Part shown: in pieces, positions 1 to 11,036 of the stretch | Layout: every line of letters begins with the position of its first letter | Position numbering within the stretch: position 1 is the first letter of the stretch | NCBI GenBank assembly: GCA_965197925.1 | Contig: CBDAOC010000020.1 | Location: 160,001-224,000 of the forward strand | Length of the DNA stretch: 64,000 nucleotides | Direction of reading: 5' to 3' | From: Nitrososphaerales archaeon | Lineage (GTDB): Archaea; Thermoproteota; Nitrososphaeria; Nitrososphaerales; UBA213 | Made by a program: the position numbers and the translations under genes | The notes under the pieces: model-generated | The model's input: the letters and a program-made list of their open reading frames with translations, nothing else | Databases searched by the model: none | Told to the model about the DNA's origin: nothing

Positions 1-334
1 CTTAGATTTTATATTTTGTTAGGGCTTGAAAAATAGCTGAAATTTGGAGGGGCTCACAATTCATTAAAGGTACTAAATTTGTATACTATTTTCCATAATA
101 GAACAGCATTTAGGATATCATGAATTTTTTCCTGGCAAAGACCAGCTAGAGAGAGCAATACAAATAGATTCCAATAAAGACGTAGCGTGAAGAATATCAC
201 GGCGTTAAAAAAATATGAACTAATAGTAGATAATGGCTTACTTGGTTAAAGTGAAATGTGTTTTAATATATCCAAGAAATTAGGGAATTCAGTTTAGAAA
301 AGCAATTTTTACTTCTATATTCTAGATACTACTC

Positions 335-400
335 GGACAAACTATGAAGACTCTAGCCCTACTGATTTGATGAAGACGATCTTGAGTACGGAGTTTGTCC
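335..400 (+). ncRNA. candidate box C/D methylation guide sRNA
   Basis: 9-bp terminal inverted repeat GGACAAACT/AGTTTGTCC enclosing C (ATGAAGA 344-350), 11-nt guide, D' (CTGA 362-365), C' (ATGAAGA 370-376), 12-nt guide, D-like CGGA (389-392). Confidence 0.65.
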
Positions 401-453
401 ACATCCATAAACTTCATAAACTTGATAAGTGACTCCTGTGTTTTTACCTACTA

Positions 454-939
454 TTGGTTGTCATACAAACTAGCGCTAGATTGGAAAGTTTCAGGAGATA
501 TGTGATCTTCAGTACATGCCGTTCATTCATGCCTGAAAGTTATCTCGAGGATCCTGAAGTCTTCCCCGAGCGTGAACAAGCTCCAGGGACAATTTATCTA
601 GAAGCTGCCGATAAAGTCACACTCAAAAAAATCAGAGAAATAATTTTTGTAAATGCGAAAGACATACTTGGTATAATTTATTCATCAAAGAGTGGAAACA
701 CAAAATTGAAGTGGAGGCAGATCAGACGGGGGATGGGTAAAGTTACAGGGGAGGCATCTGTCAATTCATTGGTAAATTTGGTAGAGGCCGGTGTAATAAC
801 AAGAGAGTGGACTGACAATTACCTGCGCAGAACAAGAGATAGTGACATGGATAGATCTTCTGAATATATTTCACAAGGTTCAACCATTCAACAGATCCCT
901 GACCAGACAGATGTTTCTGATGGATCCCTTATCTCTTAG
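454..939 (+). CDS. conserved thaumarchaeal hypothetical protein
   Basis: 161-aa ORF (TTG start); N-terminal ~120 aa resemble a conserved AOA hypothetical family. Confidence 0.7.
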   Translation: MVVIQTSARLESFRRYVIFSTCRSFMPESYLEDPEVFPEREQAPGTIYLEAADKVTLKKIREIIFVNAKDILGIIYSSKSGNTKLKWRQIRRGMGKVTGEASVNSLVNLVEAGVITREWTDNYLRRTRDSDMDRSSEYISQGSTIQQIPDQTDVSDGSLIS

Positions 940-1124
940 CTTCTTACAAACTATTTTTTATCTATTAAATTTTGGATAGATTTACTAAATACTTTCCTAG
1001 CTGCTGAAGTTCATTAAGAATATCTTATGAAGAATTTATTTACTTAAACACAATTACATATTTACTCATATATTCCTTCTAATACTCGAACTGATAAATA
1101 TTGTAGAGAGCTTGATGTAACTAT

Positions 1125-1605
1125 TCCATATTATTGCTACATTAGCATAATAAGATGAAGTATTACTGGATTTAAATCCCGATACATCTAACCAACGAAC
1201 ATTTTCCTTACCTTCGTAAGAGGGGTGAATGAACTGATTATGCTGCGTAGCAGTATATCCTTCATCATTAAAGCGAATTTCTGTTACTGTGTAATAGGAT
1301 ACCCTATCTGATTGTTGGGATATCCTCTGGTATTATACGTCATGCAGCCATTCCATAAACCTCCTGTAGCTCTTCCCCTTGTACTGCCTTAATGTTAGAA
1401 TGATCTTTTGCATGCCATACAGGGTAGATGTGATTGCTCTTCCAGTGCATGTAGAGGCATTCTGGCCTCCATCAACACATTCAACAATGTTTTGGCAAGT
1501 TTGACATATCTAGACTCTTTCATGATAAGTATGGAGGGATCTAACAGTTTATCTGATGATGCAATTCTGTATACAATGGGTTAAAATCTGTGGTTTTACA
1601 GAGCC
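1125..1605 (-). mobile_element. IS5-family remnant, 5' half (degraded transposase N-terminus plus left end)
   Basis: Broken frames read MKESRYVKLAKTLLNVL..HWKSNHIYPVWH..LTLRQYKGKSYRRFMEWL..SIISSF..DVSGFK; end GGCTCTGTAAAACCA at 1605-1591 matches GGCTCTGTAGAAACCA at 27822. Confidence 0.75.
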
Positions 1606-1731
1606 ATATGATTAATATATTCAATAATATTGAAACTTTCCATGTGACACTCCTGCTCTTTAATCACCTAAAGTTGTATTTATTATACTCTCTTTGTTTT
1701 AGTGAATGGCTAAATTATTCAGATACAAAAG

Positions 1732-2049
1732 TCAACCTCCAATACTATCAGCCATCCACTGCAAATAGCTATTACTTGCACCATTCATCGTTATCTCAAC
1801 AACCTCAGGAACCTCATATGGATGAGACTGTTCAATAGCTTCCTTCAAATTTTTTGCTGTTTTACCAATGCTTTTGAATAGTGCTAAACATTCATTGGAA
1901 TACTCTATTTTTTCATTCCACCAGTAAATTGATCTAATACTTGTGAGGTTAACACAAGCAGCTAATTTAGATTCTAGGATATCCTTAGCTATCTTCGAAG
2001 CAGTCTCTTGGTCAGGATAGGTAGACAACACTATAATACCTTTCTCCAT
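1732..2049 (-). CDS. cutA: divalent-cation tolerance protein CutA
   Basis: LAACVN, SIYWW, HPYEVPE motifs; likely start MEKGII at 2049. Confidence 0.9.
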   Translation of the reverse strand: MEKGIIVLSTYPDQETASKIAKDILESKLAACVNLTSIRSIYWWNEKIEYSNECLALFKSIGKTAKNLKEAIEQSHPYEVPEVVEITMNGASNSYLQWMADSIGG

Positions 2050-2091
2050 AGCAACCGATAAATCCCCCTTAGATGATAAAAGGTTAACTAA

Positions 2092-3303
2092 ATGGCGTTT
2101 GAATTCTTTGAACAAAACTCCAGCATTTTCATGTTGCTGATAGCATGGGTACTAATCCTTGCTGGAGCGAAGGCGTTAAAGCTCGAGAAACATGGATTCG
2201 AAATAAAGCCTTTTATGCTGACGTATAAGAATCATAACATTTCAGGTACGCTGGACAGAATGTTGTCACATAAAACAACTATTGGAATATTTGCCGATAT
2301 TAGTGTGGTATCAGGTGCTATAATGATGGCGTTTTCATTATGGTTCCTCATCAATAATTTAAACAACTTTTTCGTTGCTACCGAGCAGTTCTCTGAAGTA
2401 ACCTTACTCATACCAGGAGTGACAGTAAGAAGCCTTCCGAACCTTACGTATTTCCTGCTAGCCGCTCCAGTCGTACTTGTCATACACGAAGTGGCACATG
2501 GCATAGTTGCTAGACTAGAGAAGATCAAGATAAAATCGGGCGGATTTGCAATAATAATAGCGATAATCGCCGGTTTTGTAGAACCTGATGAGGAGGAGTT
2601 TGAGAGAGCAAAGAGGAGGTCAAAAGTTCGGGTTATTGCTGCTGGTTCTACATCAAATGTACTCTTTTCCTTCATAATTGCAGGTCTTATGATATTTAAC
2701 CCTATGTTTGGTAACATTTTGGATCTTGTAAGCCCTGAAGTTAGAGGTTTGTTTTACAACGATCCCATAGGGGTTCCAGTACTCCAGGTAATGGAAGGTA
2801 TGGGAGCAGAACTTTCTGGCATGAAGGTAGAGGACATAATTACTAACATTAATGGGGTTCCAATACGAACCCCTTCAGACTTTGCAAATGTCAATTTGAC
2901 ACCTGGAGAAAGTGCAACCGTTATGGTATTAAGGAAAGGACAGATGATGAACTTGAATGTTCCAATAAATAATGCGCCCGATGACCCGAGTAGAGGACTG
3001 CTCGGGATAATAAGAGGTGCATTTTCCTATGTTCCCCCAAAAGTTCCCTACTACATTGATTGGCCTAGACCTATTTTCACATTTTTGCTGTGGTTGTGGA
3101 TGCTTTCATTTTTTATAGGAGTATTTAACATGCTCCCTATGTTTCCTCTTGACGGTGAAAAATATATTAGCTCTATACTTGGGGACAGGGTTTCGAAACG
3201 GTATTTACTTGCGACTAAAATAGGAATCACCGTTGTAGCCCTTGGACTATTGGGCGGTAATATAGCAGCAACTGTGATAAAATCAGGATTCATAACGATA
3301 TAG
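2092..3303 (+). CDS. site-2 (M50) membrane metalloprotease with PDZ domain
   Basis: HEVAH zinc motif, NMLPMFPLDG motif, TM segments, PDZ-like segment. Confidence 0.9.
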   Translation: MAFEFFEQNSSIFMLLIAWVLILAGAKALKLEKHGFEIKPFMLTYKNHNISGTLDRMLSHKTTIGIFADISVVSGAIMMAFSLWFLINNLNNFFVATEQFSEVTLLIPGVTVRSLPNLTYFLLAAPVVLVIHEVAHGIVARLEKIKIKSGGFAIIIAIIAGFVEPDEEEFERAKRRSKVRVIAAGSTSNVLFSFIIAGLMIFNPMFGNILDLVSPEVRGLFYNDPIGVPVLQVMEGMGAELSGMKVEDIITNINGVPIRTPSDFANVNLTPGESATVMVLRKGQMMNLNVPINNAPDDPSRGLLGIIRGAFSYVPPKVPYYIDWPRPIFTFLLWLWMLSFFIGVFNMLPMFPLDGEKYISSILGDRVSKRYLLATKIGITVVALGLLGGNIAATVIKSGFITI

Positions 3304-3304
3304 T

Positions 3305-4222
3305 ATGAGTATTGTATGTGATCGTTGCAACGGTAAAAGTGCATATCATAGGAATTATTCTGGAGAAAGTTTATGTGGAAAATGTTTTTCCAAGTCTTTG
3401 CAGGATAAGGTATCTAAAACTATATCAAAATATTCAATGCTAAAATATGAAGATAATGTGACAGTGGCTGTCTCCGGTGGCAAGGACAGTCTATCTCTAT
3501 TACACATGATTGTCCCAATATGTAAGAAACGTGGAACGAAAATTTGTGCAATTACGATTGATGAAGGGATAGAGGGGTATAGAGATGAATCACTAAGTAT
3601 CGTGAAGGAATTTGTATCTCGTATGCATGTTGAACATAGAGTATTCTCATATAAGCAATTTTTCAAAGTAAGTCTAGAAGAGAGTTTGCTTCTGAGGAAA
3701 GGGAGTAAGATGAGTTCCTGCTCTATCTGTGGTACCTTTAGAAGAAGAGCCATTGACGTCGCGGCAGAAATTGTTCGAACTAATGTTGTGGCAACAGCAC
3801 ATAACCTAGATGATGCACTACAAACATTTCTGATCAACATACTAGCAGGTGATGTTGATAGGATAGGATGGAATTACCCAAAAGCAATTGAGTATGCAAA
3901 AGGGTTGAGGAAGATTAAACCTCTTACTGAAATTTATGAGCATGAAATCGCGTTCTATGCATTAATTAATGAAATACCATTTCAATCTGAAGAATGCCCA
4001 CATATGAATGAGGGAATCAGGACAAATATTAGAGAATTTCTGAACAATTTAGAAGATAAACACTCGGGTATAAAATACAATGCTTTTAATACTATGGTAA
4101 AAATAGCGAACAGGATAAAAGATTCTTCTGAAAAAAATCATCGTAATTGTGTTTTATGCGGGAGAGATTCAAGTGGTCACATATGCTCCGTATGCGAACT
4201 GATGATAACTCTAAAAAAATAA
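3305..4222 (+). CDS. tRNA 2-thiolation PP-loop protein (TtuA/NcsA/Ctu1 family)
   Basis: SGGKDS PP-loop, CSIC, ATAHNLDD, N- and C-terminal CxxC zinc fingers. Confidence 0.9.
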   Translation: MSIVCDRCNGKSAYHRNYSGESLCGKCFSKSLQDKVSKTISKYSMLKYEDNVTVAVSGGKDSLSLLHMIVPICKKRGTKICAITIDEGIEGYRDESLSIVKEFVSRMHVEHRVFSYKQFFKVSLEESLLLRKGSKMSSCSICGTFRRRAIDVAAEIVRTNVVATAHNLDDALQTFLINILAGDVDRIGWNYPKAIEYAKGLRKIKPLTEIYEHEIAFYALINEIPFQSEECPHMNEGIRTNIREFLNNLEDKHSGIKYNAFNTMVKIANRIKDSSEKNHRNCVLCGRDSSGHICSVCELMITLKK

Positions 4223-4262
4223 GAAGAAAATGCAAATATAACTGAAGTACATAGTACTCTTG

Positions 4263-4581
4263 CGGTAGTAGGTAGGGCCAGGGTGTTAGCCGTACCCTTT
4301 ACTCGAAACCGGCTTCATGCGAGGATCAGTAACCGTCAGGTAAATCCGTAGTTGATATGTACTTACTGACTTTGCTTATATGAACCCACGCCGTGATGGG
4401 TGCTTGCAGGTAACAGACCATCTGAAGGGATGGTGCTGATCATCGAACCGCCGAAAGGGGTGAGGTCCGGGAGGGAGCAACCCTAAGGTGGAGTAGGCAC
4501 GCTGTCACGTCTACGTGGTGGATCTTGCGATGTCAGAGATTTGGCTTATTGTCTACGGCGGAACTGATGGAACTACTACCG
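4263..4581 (+). ncRNA. ffs: archaeal SRP (7S) RNA
   Basis: Terminal helix CGGTAGTAG/CTACTACCG; helix 6 CCGAAAGG; helix 8 AGGTCC-GGGA-GGGAGCA; 319 nt, GC-rich. Confidence 0.9.
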
Positions 4582-4634
4582 TTTAATTAGTAATTTGATA
4601 CAACACAAAAATAGGAGTTAATCCAAGTAACGAT

Positions 4635-4970
4635 ATGAATAAGTTTGAAATACATGCTAGACAACCTAAAGTATCAGGTGAAGATTATATATCAAAACTG
4701 GATGGGTCTATTAAAGATATTTTCCAAGACATCAGACGTTTCGTCTTGTCATTAGGTTCAAATGTGATAGAAGAGGTTAGACCTCATAGGATAGTTTATT
4801 CCAAATCTTTCAATTTTAGAACATTCCTGGATATAGAACCTCTAAACAACACTTTAATATTAAGTGTGAAGAAGAGACCAAAGGATAGCCCAAATAAGAT
4901 GAATGTTACTTCCAAAGAACAATTACAGGATATAAAGGACACCATTAAGATAGCTTATGAGAAAATTTAA
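4635..4970 (+). CDS. hypothetical protein (DUF5655-like)
   Basis: 111-aa ORF; pattern FVLSLG..V.EE...RIVY...F.DI...IK.AYEK. Confidence 0.6.
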   Translation: MNKFEIHARQPKVSGEDYISKLDGSIKDIFQDIRRFVLSLGSNVIEEVRPHRIVYSKSFNFRTFLDIEPLNNTLILSVKKRPKDSPNKMNVTSKEQLQDIKDTIKIAYEKI

Positions 4971-5248
4971 TATAATATAGTGAATTTATCGAACTCTCCT
5001 TTATAAGGCTCATATTCAACTTTGACATCGTCTACTTTAGCTTTATGGGTACCTACATGACACCATTCAATTACTTCAGTAACATCCATTTCCACACCTT
5101 CCAGAATTATCTCAACCCTTCTATCTCGTAAGTTTCTTACCCATCCGTTCACTTTGAGCTTTTTGGAGACCATGCGCATGTTCTGCCTGAAGCTTACACC
5201 TTGTACTTTACCTTTGACAAATATGTGAGCTCTAATTAGTTTTACCAA
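4967..5248 (-). CDS. acyP: acylphosphatase
   Basis: VKGKVQGVSFR and GWVRN motifs. Confidence 0.92.
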   Translation of the reverse strand: MVKLIRAHIFVKGKVQGVSFRQNMRMVSKKLKVNGWVRNLRDRRVEIILEGVEMDVTEVIEWCHVGTHKAKVDDVKVEYEPYKGEFDKFTILY

Positions 5249-5289
5249 GTATACACAATTCGAAGAAAGTATGTATAAAAAATGTTATG

Positions 5290-6636
5290 CTAAAGATTTC
5301 CACCCTCTTCTGCAAATAAATGTTCAATCGTTGTTGCTTTCCTTACTAGTGTATAATGACCATTACTCTTCATCACAATTGAAGGTTTTGTTTGGCAGTG
5401 AAATGGCATGTTGAATACAATGGAATATGCGCCAACATTGTAAAACAAAACATATTTGTTCAGTTCAGCATTATGCAGCTGTGACACCTTTGAGATAGGA
5501 AAAACATCATAAGTATCACAAAGTCTTCCTGCCAAATGGACTCTGTTATTATTTATTGTATTCACATTCAAATTATTGTTATCACTCTGTTTACTGTCGG
5601 TGATTACAACTTCTTGTGGATATTCTTGCTTCAACAATGCTGAATCAAGTAGTAAATGATAACCAGCGTCAACTATTACGAATTTATCGTTTGCATATTC
5701 TTTCATGTTTATTATCTTGCTTACCAGCATACATGCTTCTGCAGTTAGATATCTACCACTCTCAATTATCACTGAAAAATTACCATGTGTATCATACATT
5801 TGATTTAGCTTGCCAATGAATGATGACGCTACCTCTCCCGGGGTTGGTACACTTTCACCATAGAATACTGGAGTGCCTCCTCCAATATCTATTGTGTTTA
5901 CCTTGAATTTTGGATTCTCCTTCTTCATCTTTGTCATAAACGAATCAAGTTTCTCCAATGCATTTGTGAAACATGAAAAGTCCGTGATCTGTGAACCAAG
6001 ATGGAAATGAAAACCTTCAAACGTGAGTATATCGCTCGAGAGTATTTCTTTTATAAGATGAGTTGCACTATCAACCTTATTTCCGTTAAAAGGAACGCCG
6101 AACTTTCCATGCCTGTATGATGCCCTGATTTCTGCCTTTACGCCCACTTCCGGATTTATCCTTACCATGGTTAATGGTTTAACATTCAAGGCCTTTGCTG
6201 CTTCTAACAAATTAATCAGTCCGTTGAAAGAGCTAACAACTATTTTTTTTATATCGTTCTTTAATGCATGTTCATATTCTTCGAGCTCTTCAGTAACACT
6301 TGTGTAGACTATATTGTCTGGATTCCCTTTACACTTATTATAAAAATACAATTCGCCTGTAGAAGTTGCATCAAACAGAATATTATCCTTCATAAACGCT
6401 TTAACAACTGAGGGATTGAAATTTGCCTTTATCGAATAAGCCACCCTTGCGGAACCTTTGAATTTTTTATAAGCTTCCAAAAGCTCTTTTACTTTTTTGT
6501 GTAATACTTGTTCATCAATAACATACATCGGTGTTCCAAACTGTTTTACCAATACAGCAAGATCTTTATTATTGATGAACCTGCTTAGATTGGATGATTG
6601 TGATAATTGTAAAGTCCTAACGATTTCTCCCATCAT
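5290..6636 (-). CDS. lysA: PLP-dependent group IV decarboxylase (diaminopimelate decarboxylase-like)
   Basis: YSIKAN, KFG, HFHLGSQ, DIGGG, ESGRY, CDTYD, GAY motifs; substrate not proven. Confidence 0.8.
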   Translation of the reverse strand: MMGEIVRTLQLSQSSNLSRFINNKDLAVLVKQFGTPMYVIDEQVLHKKVKELLEAYKKFKGSARVAYSIKANFNPSVVKAFMKDNILFDATSTGELYFYNKCKGNPDNIVYTSVTEELEEYEHALKNDIKKIVVSSFNGLINLLEAAKALNVKPLTMVRINPEVGVKAEIRASYRHGKFGVPFNGNKVDSATHLIKEILSSDILTFEGFHFHLGSQITDFSCFTNALEKLDSFMTKMKKENPKFKVNTIDIGGGTPVFYGESVPTPGEVASSFIGKLNQMYDTHGNFSVIIESGRYLTAEACMLVSKIINMKEYANDKFVIVDAGYHLLLDSALLKQEYPQEVVITDSKQSDNNNLNVNTINNNRVHLAGRLCDTYDVFPISKVSQLHNAELNKYVLFYNVGAYSIVFNMPFHCQTKPSIVMKSNGHYTLVRKATTIEHLFAEEGGNL

Positions 6637-6697
6637 TTCGTAGGCGTATTTGAAAAATATTTATTTAAAAACATTTCGTTCCATATTTTAACAATAA

Positions 6698-7426
6698 TTA
6701 AATCCTTCTAACCCTTGATCTACCAGTTTTCCTAGGAGCTATGTTTCCAACCTTTCTTCCAGGTGGTGCTGTTCTGCCGACAGAAGTTTGTTTGCCAGGG
6801 TGTTGATGCCTTCCACCTCCATATGGATGGAAAACAGATGCCATCGCTGTTCCTCTAACTCTAGGATACACCTTTCCTCTAACTTTCATCGCATAAAATT
6901 TCTTACCGGCTTTAAGAAACGGTTTCTCACCCGCACCTCCACCAGCAATAATACCAACAACAGCTTTGCAGTTAGCATTCAACGTAAGAAGTTTTCTAGA
7001 AGGCATCCTTAAAGTCACGCCATGTCCTGCATGAGCAAATACTGTTGCTGATGAACCAGCCGTCTTTACTAGCCTGCCCCCATCACCGGAGTTTCTTTCA
7101 ATATTACAAACTATAGTCCCATCTGGTATATTATTTAGATTTATGATATTCATGGAATCTATAGATGCATTTGAACCAATTTCGATCCTAGATCCAATGT
7201 TGACGCCTTCCGTGGCCGGGATGTAAACGTACTTACCATCATCAAACTTCACTTTTGCTAATGGTGCATCCCTTCCTGACTCATGAACAAGATCCACTAT
7301 CTCACCTACATGATGTTCTTCACGCAAATAATTTGGGTACCTAGCGGATTTTATTTTGCCTGTGGTAGCAGATCTAAATTGTTTCCCTCCACGTCCCTTC
7401 CGCTGGACCAGAATCCGTTTACCCAT
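6698..7426 (-). CDS. rpl2: 50S ribosomal protein L2
   Basis: MGKRILVQRKGRG, PRVRGTAM..HPYGGGRHQH. Confidence 0.98.
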   Translation of the reverse strand: MGKRILVQRKGRGGKQFRSATTGKIKSARYPNYLREEHHVGEIVDLVHESGRDAPLAKVKFDDGKYVYIPATEGVNIGSRIEIGSNASIDSMNIINLNNIPDGTIVCNIERNSGDGGRLVKTAGSSATVFAHAGHGVTLRMPSRKLLTLNANCKAVVGIIAGGGAGEKPFLKAGKKFYAMKVRGKVYPRVRGTAMASVFHPYGGGRHQHPGKQTSVGRTAPPGRKVGNIAPRKTGRSRVRRI

Positions 7427-7467
7427 TGTTAGATTGTTAGCAAAATCATATGATTTTAACCTTATGA

Positions 7468-8037
7468 TTATATGATATGTTTAATGTTGTCACTCATATT
7501 GAAACCAAAAGCTTCGGACGCTTCTTCCAGAGCTTTATTGGAATTGGGGCCTAGTAAGCATCGGAAAGCAATAATCTGAACAGGGGAAAGTTCTAGCTCC
7601 TTCAATACGCAATCAATTTCTGACTGTATCTTAAGATCTTCTTCTACTAGCGTTCGGAGCCTATTTACTACAATCTTTATTCGCATTTTTAACATTTTCT
7701 TGCTATAAGTTCTCTCTTTAAGGGTTTGAATATTTGAAAGTGAATTAACTTTGTATTCTCCGGAACCTATATACAGGCACAAAATACCGCTTCTGAAAAT
7801 ATATCCTAATGCTAATGGTTTACTAAGCGTATAAACAATCCTAACTTTTGGAACTGAATTAACTTTAACCTGTTCTACAAGACCATTTTTCTCTAATATG
7901 GCTAGATGCTTCAAGACAGCTTGCTGTGTAACACCAAGTATTCTAACGAGTTCGTTAATGCTCCTTGCTCTCTCACAAAGCAGCTCTAACAATCGTAGCC
8001 TGGTTACAGAACCTATCATCTTAAGTAGTTTTAACAA
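7468..8037 (-). CDS. ArsR-type wHTH regulator, probable heat-shock repressor (HSR1/Phr-like)
   Basis: TRLRLLELL..SINELVRILGVTQQAVLKHLAILE; divergent from hsp20-cdc48. Confidence 0.8.
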   Translation of the reverse strand: MLKLLKMIGSVTRLRLLELLCERARSINELVRILGVTQQAVLKHLAILEKNGLVEQVKVNSVPKVRIVYTLSKPLALGYIFRSGILCLYIGSGEYKVNSLSNIQTLKERTYSKKMLKMRIKIVVNRLRTLVEEDLKIQSEIDCVLKELELSPVQIIAFRCLLGPNSNKALEEASEAFGFNMSDNIKHII

Positions 8038-8064
8038 TTCCTACGAAAATCATGATGCCAAAGA

Positions 8065-8088
8065 TTTATAAATGTAACCTATGGTTAC
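8065..8088. promoter_or_regulatory. palindromic TATA box plus GTAAC-N5-GTTAC operator
   Basis: TTTATAAA 8065-8072 followed by inverted repeat GTAACC-TAT-GGTTAC 8074-8088 between regulator and hsp20. Confidence 0.7.
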
Positions 8089-8100
8089 TAACCACTTGTT

Positions 8101-8589
8101 ATGCCAAGAAGAATCGGAAAGCTTGATGTTCTCGAGGCTTTGGAAAAGATGATAGAGTCTCTACAAAATGATTTTGAACAATCATTCAATGAATTTGGGA
8201 AATTCGGAAACGAATCAAAGCCATTGATGTATGGATTTCTTATGGATATGGATCCTAATGGTGAACCAATAATAAAGACCTTTGGAGATAAAGCATTTAA
8301 TTCTGGTTTCAGGGAACCGGTTTACGACCAGTTTGTCAAGGTCGATACAGACGAACTGATAGTAACCATAGAGATACCGGGGATTACTAAAGAGGACATT
8401 GAGTTGAAGGTAACAGAATCCAACATTGTAGTAACTTCAAATTGTGAGAGAAAATACAAATCATGTATCGATCTGAAGGTTCCCGTCGTTCCAGAGAATG
8501 CTAAAGCTGCTTGCAGAAATGGTATACTAACCGTGACCTTGAATGTCAAAGGTAAGAGTAATAAAGGATTAAAGATAAATGTTGAGTGA
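8101..8589 (+). CDS. hsp20: small heat shock protein Hsp20
   Basis: YGF....[29 protein letters not shown] alpha-crystallin motifs. Confidence 0.9.
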   Translation: MPRRIGKLDVLEALEKMIESLQNDFEQSFNEFGKFGNESKPLMYGFLMDMDPNGEPIIKTFGDKAFNSGFREPVYDQFVKVDTDELIVTIEIPGITKEDIELKVTESNIVVTSNCERKYKSCIDLKVPVVPENAKAACRNGILTVTLNVKGKSNKGLKINVE

Positions 8590-8594
8590 GAAAT

Positions 8595-10775
8595 ATGAGT
8601 CAGAATACACTATCGCTTAAAGTGTTAGAGGCCTATACCAGAGATGTAGGTAGGGGTGTAGCGAGGATAGATTATGATTCCATGGATTCTTTAATTGCTT
8701 CGACCGGTGATGTTGTAGAGATTAAGGGAAAGAGGCGAACCGTTGCAAAATGTTTACCGTTATACCCTTCTGACGAAGGTAAAGGGATAATTAGAATTGA
8801 TGGTCTGGTTAGGAATAATTCTGGTGTAGCAATTGGAGATACAGTTATAGTGAAAAAGATTAAAGCTGTCCCTGCAGAAAAGGTGATTGTAGCCCCGCTA
8901 GAAGCAATACCCCCAATAGATGAGCGCTATCTTGCTGATGCCCTTGAAAGTGTTCCACTGATCAAAGGTGATAACGTTATGGTTCCGTACTTCGGAGGCA
9001 GGCTAACCTTCCAAGTAATAGGTGTTAATCCGGCTGCTGATGCCGTTCTTGTTAACCAGAAAACTATATTCCATATAGCTGAAAAGGGGGAAACACTCAG
9101 AGGTGTCCCACAAGTTACATATGAAGATATCGGCGGTTTAAAGGATGAGACACAGAAAGTCAGAGAAATGATTGAACTTCCATTAAGACATCCTGAAATT
9201 TTTGAGAAACTAGGTATAGAAGCTCCAAAGGGCGTATTATTATATGGACCCCCAGGAACTGGTAAGACATTATTGGCTAAAGCTGTTGCTAACGAAAGCA
9301 ATGCACATTTTATTAGCATCAGCGGACCAGAAATCATGAGTAAATTCTACGGCGAAAGTGAAGCCAGACTTAGGGAAATATTCAAAGAAGCTAAGGAAAA
9401 GGCGCCGAGCATTATATTCATTGATGAAATTGATTCTATTGCACCAAAGAGAGAGGAAGTTACTGGCGAAGTGGAAAGGAGAGTGGTGAGTCAATTGCTG
9501 TCGCTTATGGATGGTCTTGAGGCAAGGGGAAAGGTAATAGTTATTGCTGCCACAAATAGACCGAATGCTATAGACCCTGCTCTTAGAAGACCTGGAAGAT
9601 TTGATAGAGAAATTGAGATAAAGGTCCCGGACAAACGTGGTAGGCTTGAGATACTACTAATACACACCAGAAATATGCCGCTAGCTACAGGAGATGACGA
9701 CCAAGTGGATGTAGAGAGAATTTCAGCTGTGACACATGGGTTTGTAGGTGCTGATCTTGAGGGTCTCTGCAAAGAAGGGGCTATGAAATGCTTACGGAGA
9801 CTACTTCCAGAACTTAACATGGAAGATGAAAAGTTACATCCTGATGTTCTTAACAAACTAATAGTTACAATGAGTGACTTCAAAAATGCCATCAAAGAAG
9901 TGATGCCCTCCGCGATGCGAGAAGTTTATCTTGAAACTCCCGATGTGAAGTGGGTAGAAATTGGTGGCTTGGAGAGTATCAAACGTGAATTACAAGAAGC
10001 CATAGAGTGGCCATTGAAATACCCAGACTTATATCAAAAACTTGGTCATAATATGTTTAAAGGTATATTGCTACACGGCGTAAGTGGTACAGGTAAGACA
10101 TTGCTTGCTAAGGCTGTTGCCACGGAAAGTGAAGCCAATTTCATAAGTGTAAGAGGACCTGAACTCCTCTCAAAATGGGTTGGTGAATCTGAACGAGGTA
10201 TAAGGGAAGTATTCAGGAGAGCAAGGCAGGCAGCTCCTTGTGTGATCTTCTTTGATGAAATAGACTCGATTGCTCCGATAAGGGGGATAGGAGGAGAAAA
10301 CATGGTAACCGAGCGCGTCGTAAGTCAATTGCTAACCGAACTCGATGGTATTCAATCTTTACAGGGGGTTGTCGTTCTTGGAGCCAGTAATAGGGCTGAC
10401 ATGTTAGATACTGCGTTACTAAGGCCAGGTAGATTTGACAAATTGATCCTTGTGCCTATGCCAGACAAGGATGCCAGACAGAAAATATTAGAGATCCACG
10501 CCAAAGAAAAGCCATTAGAAGTGGATGTCGATCTGGTCAAACTTGCAGAGATGACCGAGGGGTTCAGTGGTGCCGATGTTTCATCAGTAGCCAACACTGC
10601 GGTTTCACTGGTATTGCACGAGTATTTGGCTAAATATCCGTCGCCAGAAGAGGCTGCAAACCATGCAGGAGAAGCATCTATATCATTTAGACATTTCGAA
10701 GAAGCAGTAAGGAAAATAAGACAACAGAAGGAAGGAAAGCCAGGCGAGAAGGTTGCTGTCCCATACTATAGATGA
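8595..10775 (+). CDS. cdc48: CDC48/VAT AAA+ ATPase
   Basis: Two AAA modules ([16 protein letters not shown]), N-domain [11 protein letters not shown]. Confidence 0.97.
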   Translation: MSQNTLSLKVLEAYTRDVGRGVARIDYDSMDSLIASTGDVVEIKGKRRTVAKCLPLYPSDEGKGIIRIDGLVRNNSGVAIGDTVIVKKIKAVPAEKVIVAPLEAIPPIDERYLADALESVPLIKGDNVMVPYFGGRLTFQVIGVNPAADAVLVNQKTIFHIAEKGETLRGVPQVTYEDIGGLKDETQKVREMIELPLRHPEIFEKLGIEAPKGVLLYGPPGTGKTLLAKAVANESNAHFISISGPEIMSKFYGESEARLREIFKEAKEKAPSIIFIDEIDSIAPKREEVTGEVERRVVSQLLSLMDGLEARGKVIVIAATNRPNAIDPALRRPGRFDREIEIKVPDKRGRLEILLIHTRNMPLATGDDDQVDVERISAVTHGFVGADLEGLCKEGAMKCLRRLLPELNMEDEKLHPDVLNKLIVTMSDFKNAIKEVMPSAMREVYLETPDVKWVEIGGLESIKRELQEAIEWPLKYPDLYQKLGHNMFKGILLHGVSGTGKTLLAKAVATESEANFISVRGPELLSKWVGESERGIREVFRRARQAAPCVIFFDEIDSIAPIRGIGGENMVTERVVSQLLTELDGIQSLQGVVVLGASNRADMLDTALLRPGRFDKLILVPMPDKDARQKILEIHAKEKPLEVDVDLVKLAEMTEGFSGADVSSVANTAVSLVLHEYLAKYPSPEEAANHAGEASISFRHFEEAVRKIRQQKEGKPGEKVAVPYYR

Positions 10776-11036
10776 AATTCAATAATTTTTTAGTAGATTT
10801 CATTACACATAGCTGGAGTATGAAGAAATATTGCTTAATATCTTAACACAGTTGTAATTGATGATTTGATAGCCATAGGATGTCAATTAAGATTATTTTT
10901 TCAAAATCACTTTTATTCCCTTCCTAGTGTTTAGTTTATCTATATTCTGCTGAACCTATGTCGTTTATTCACAATCTTAATTTGTAATTGACTATGTATA
11001 GTAATTCTTTAATGCAGTATAATATTTACCTGCTTC

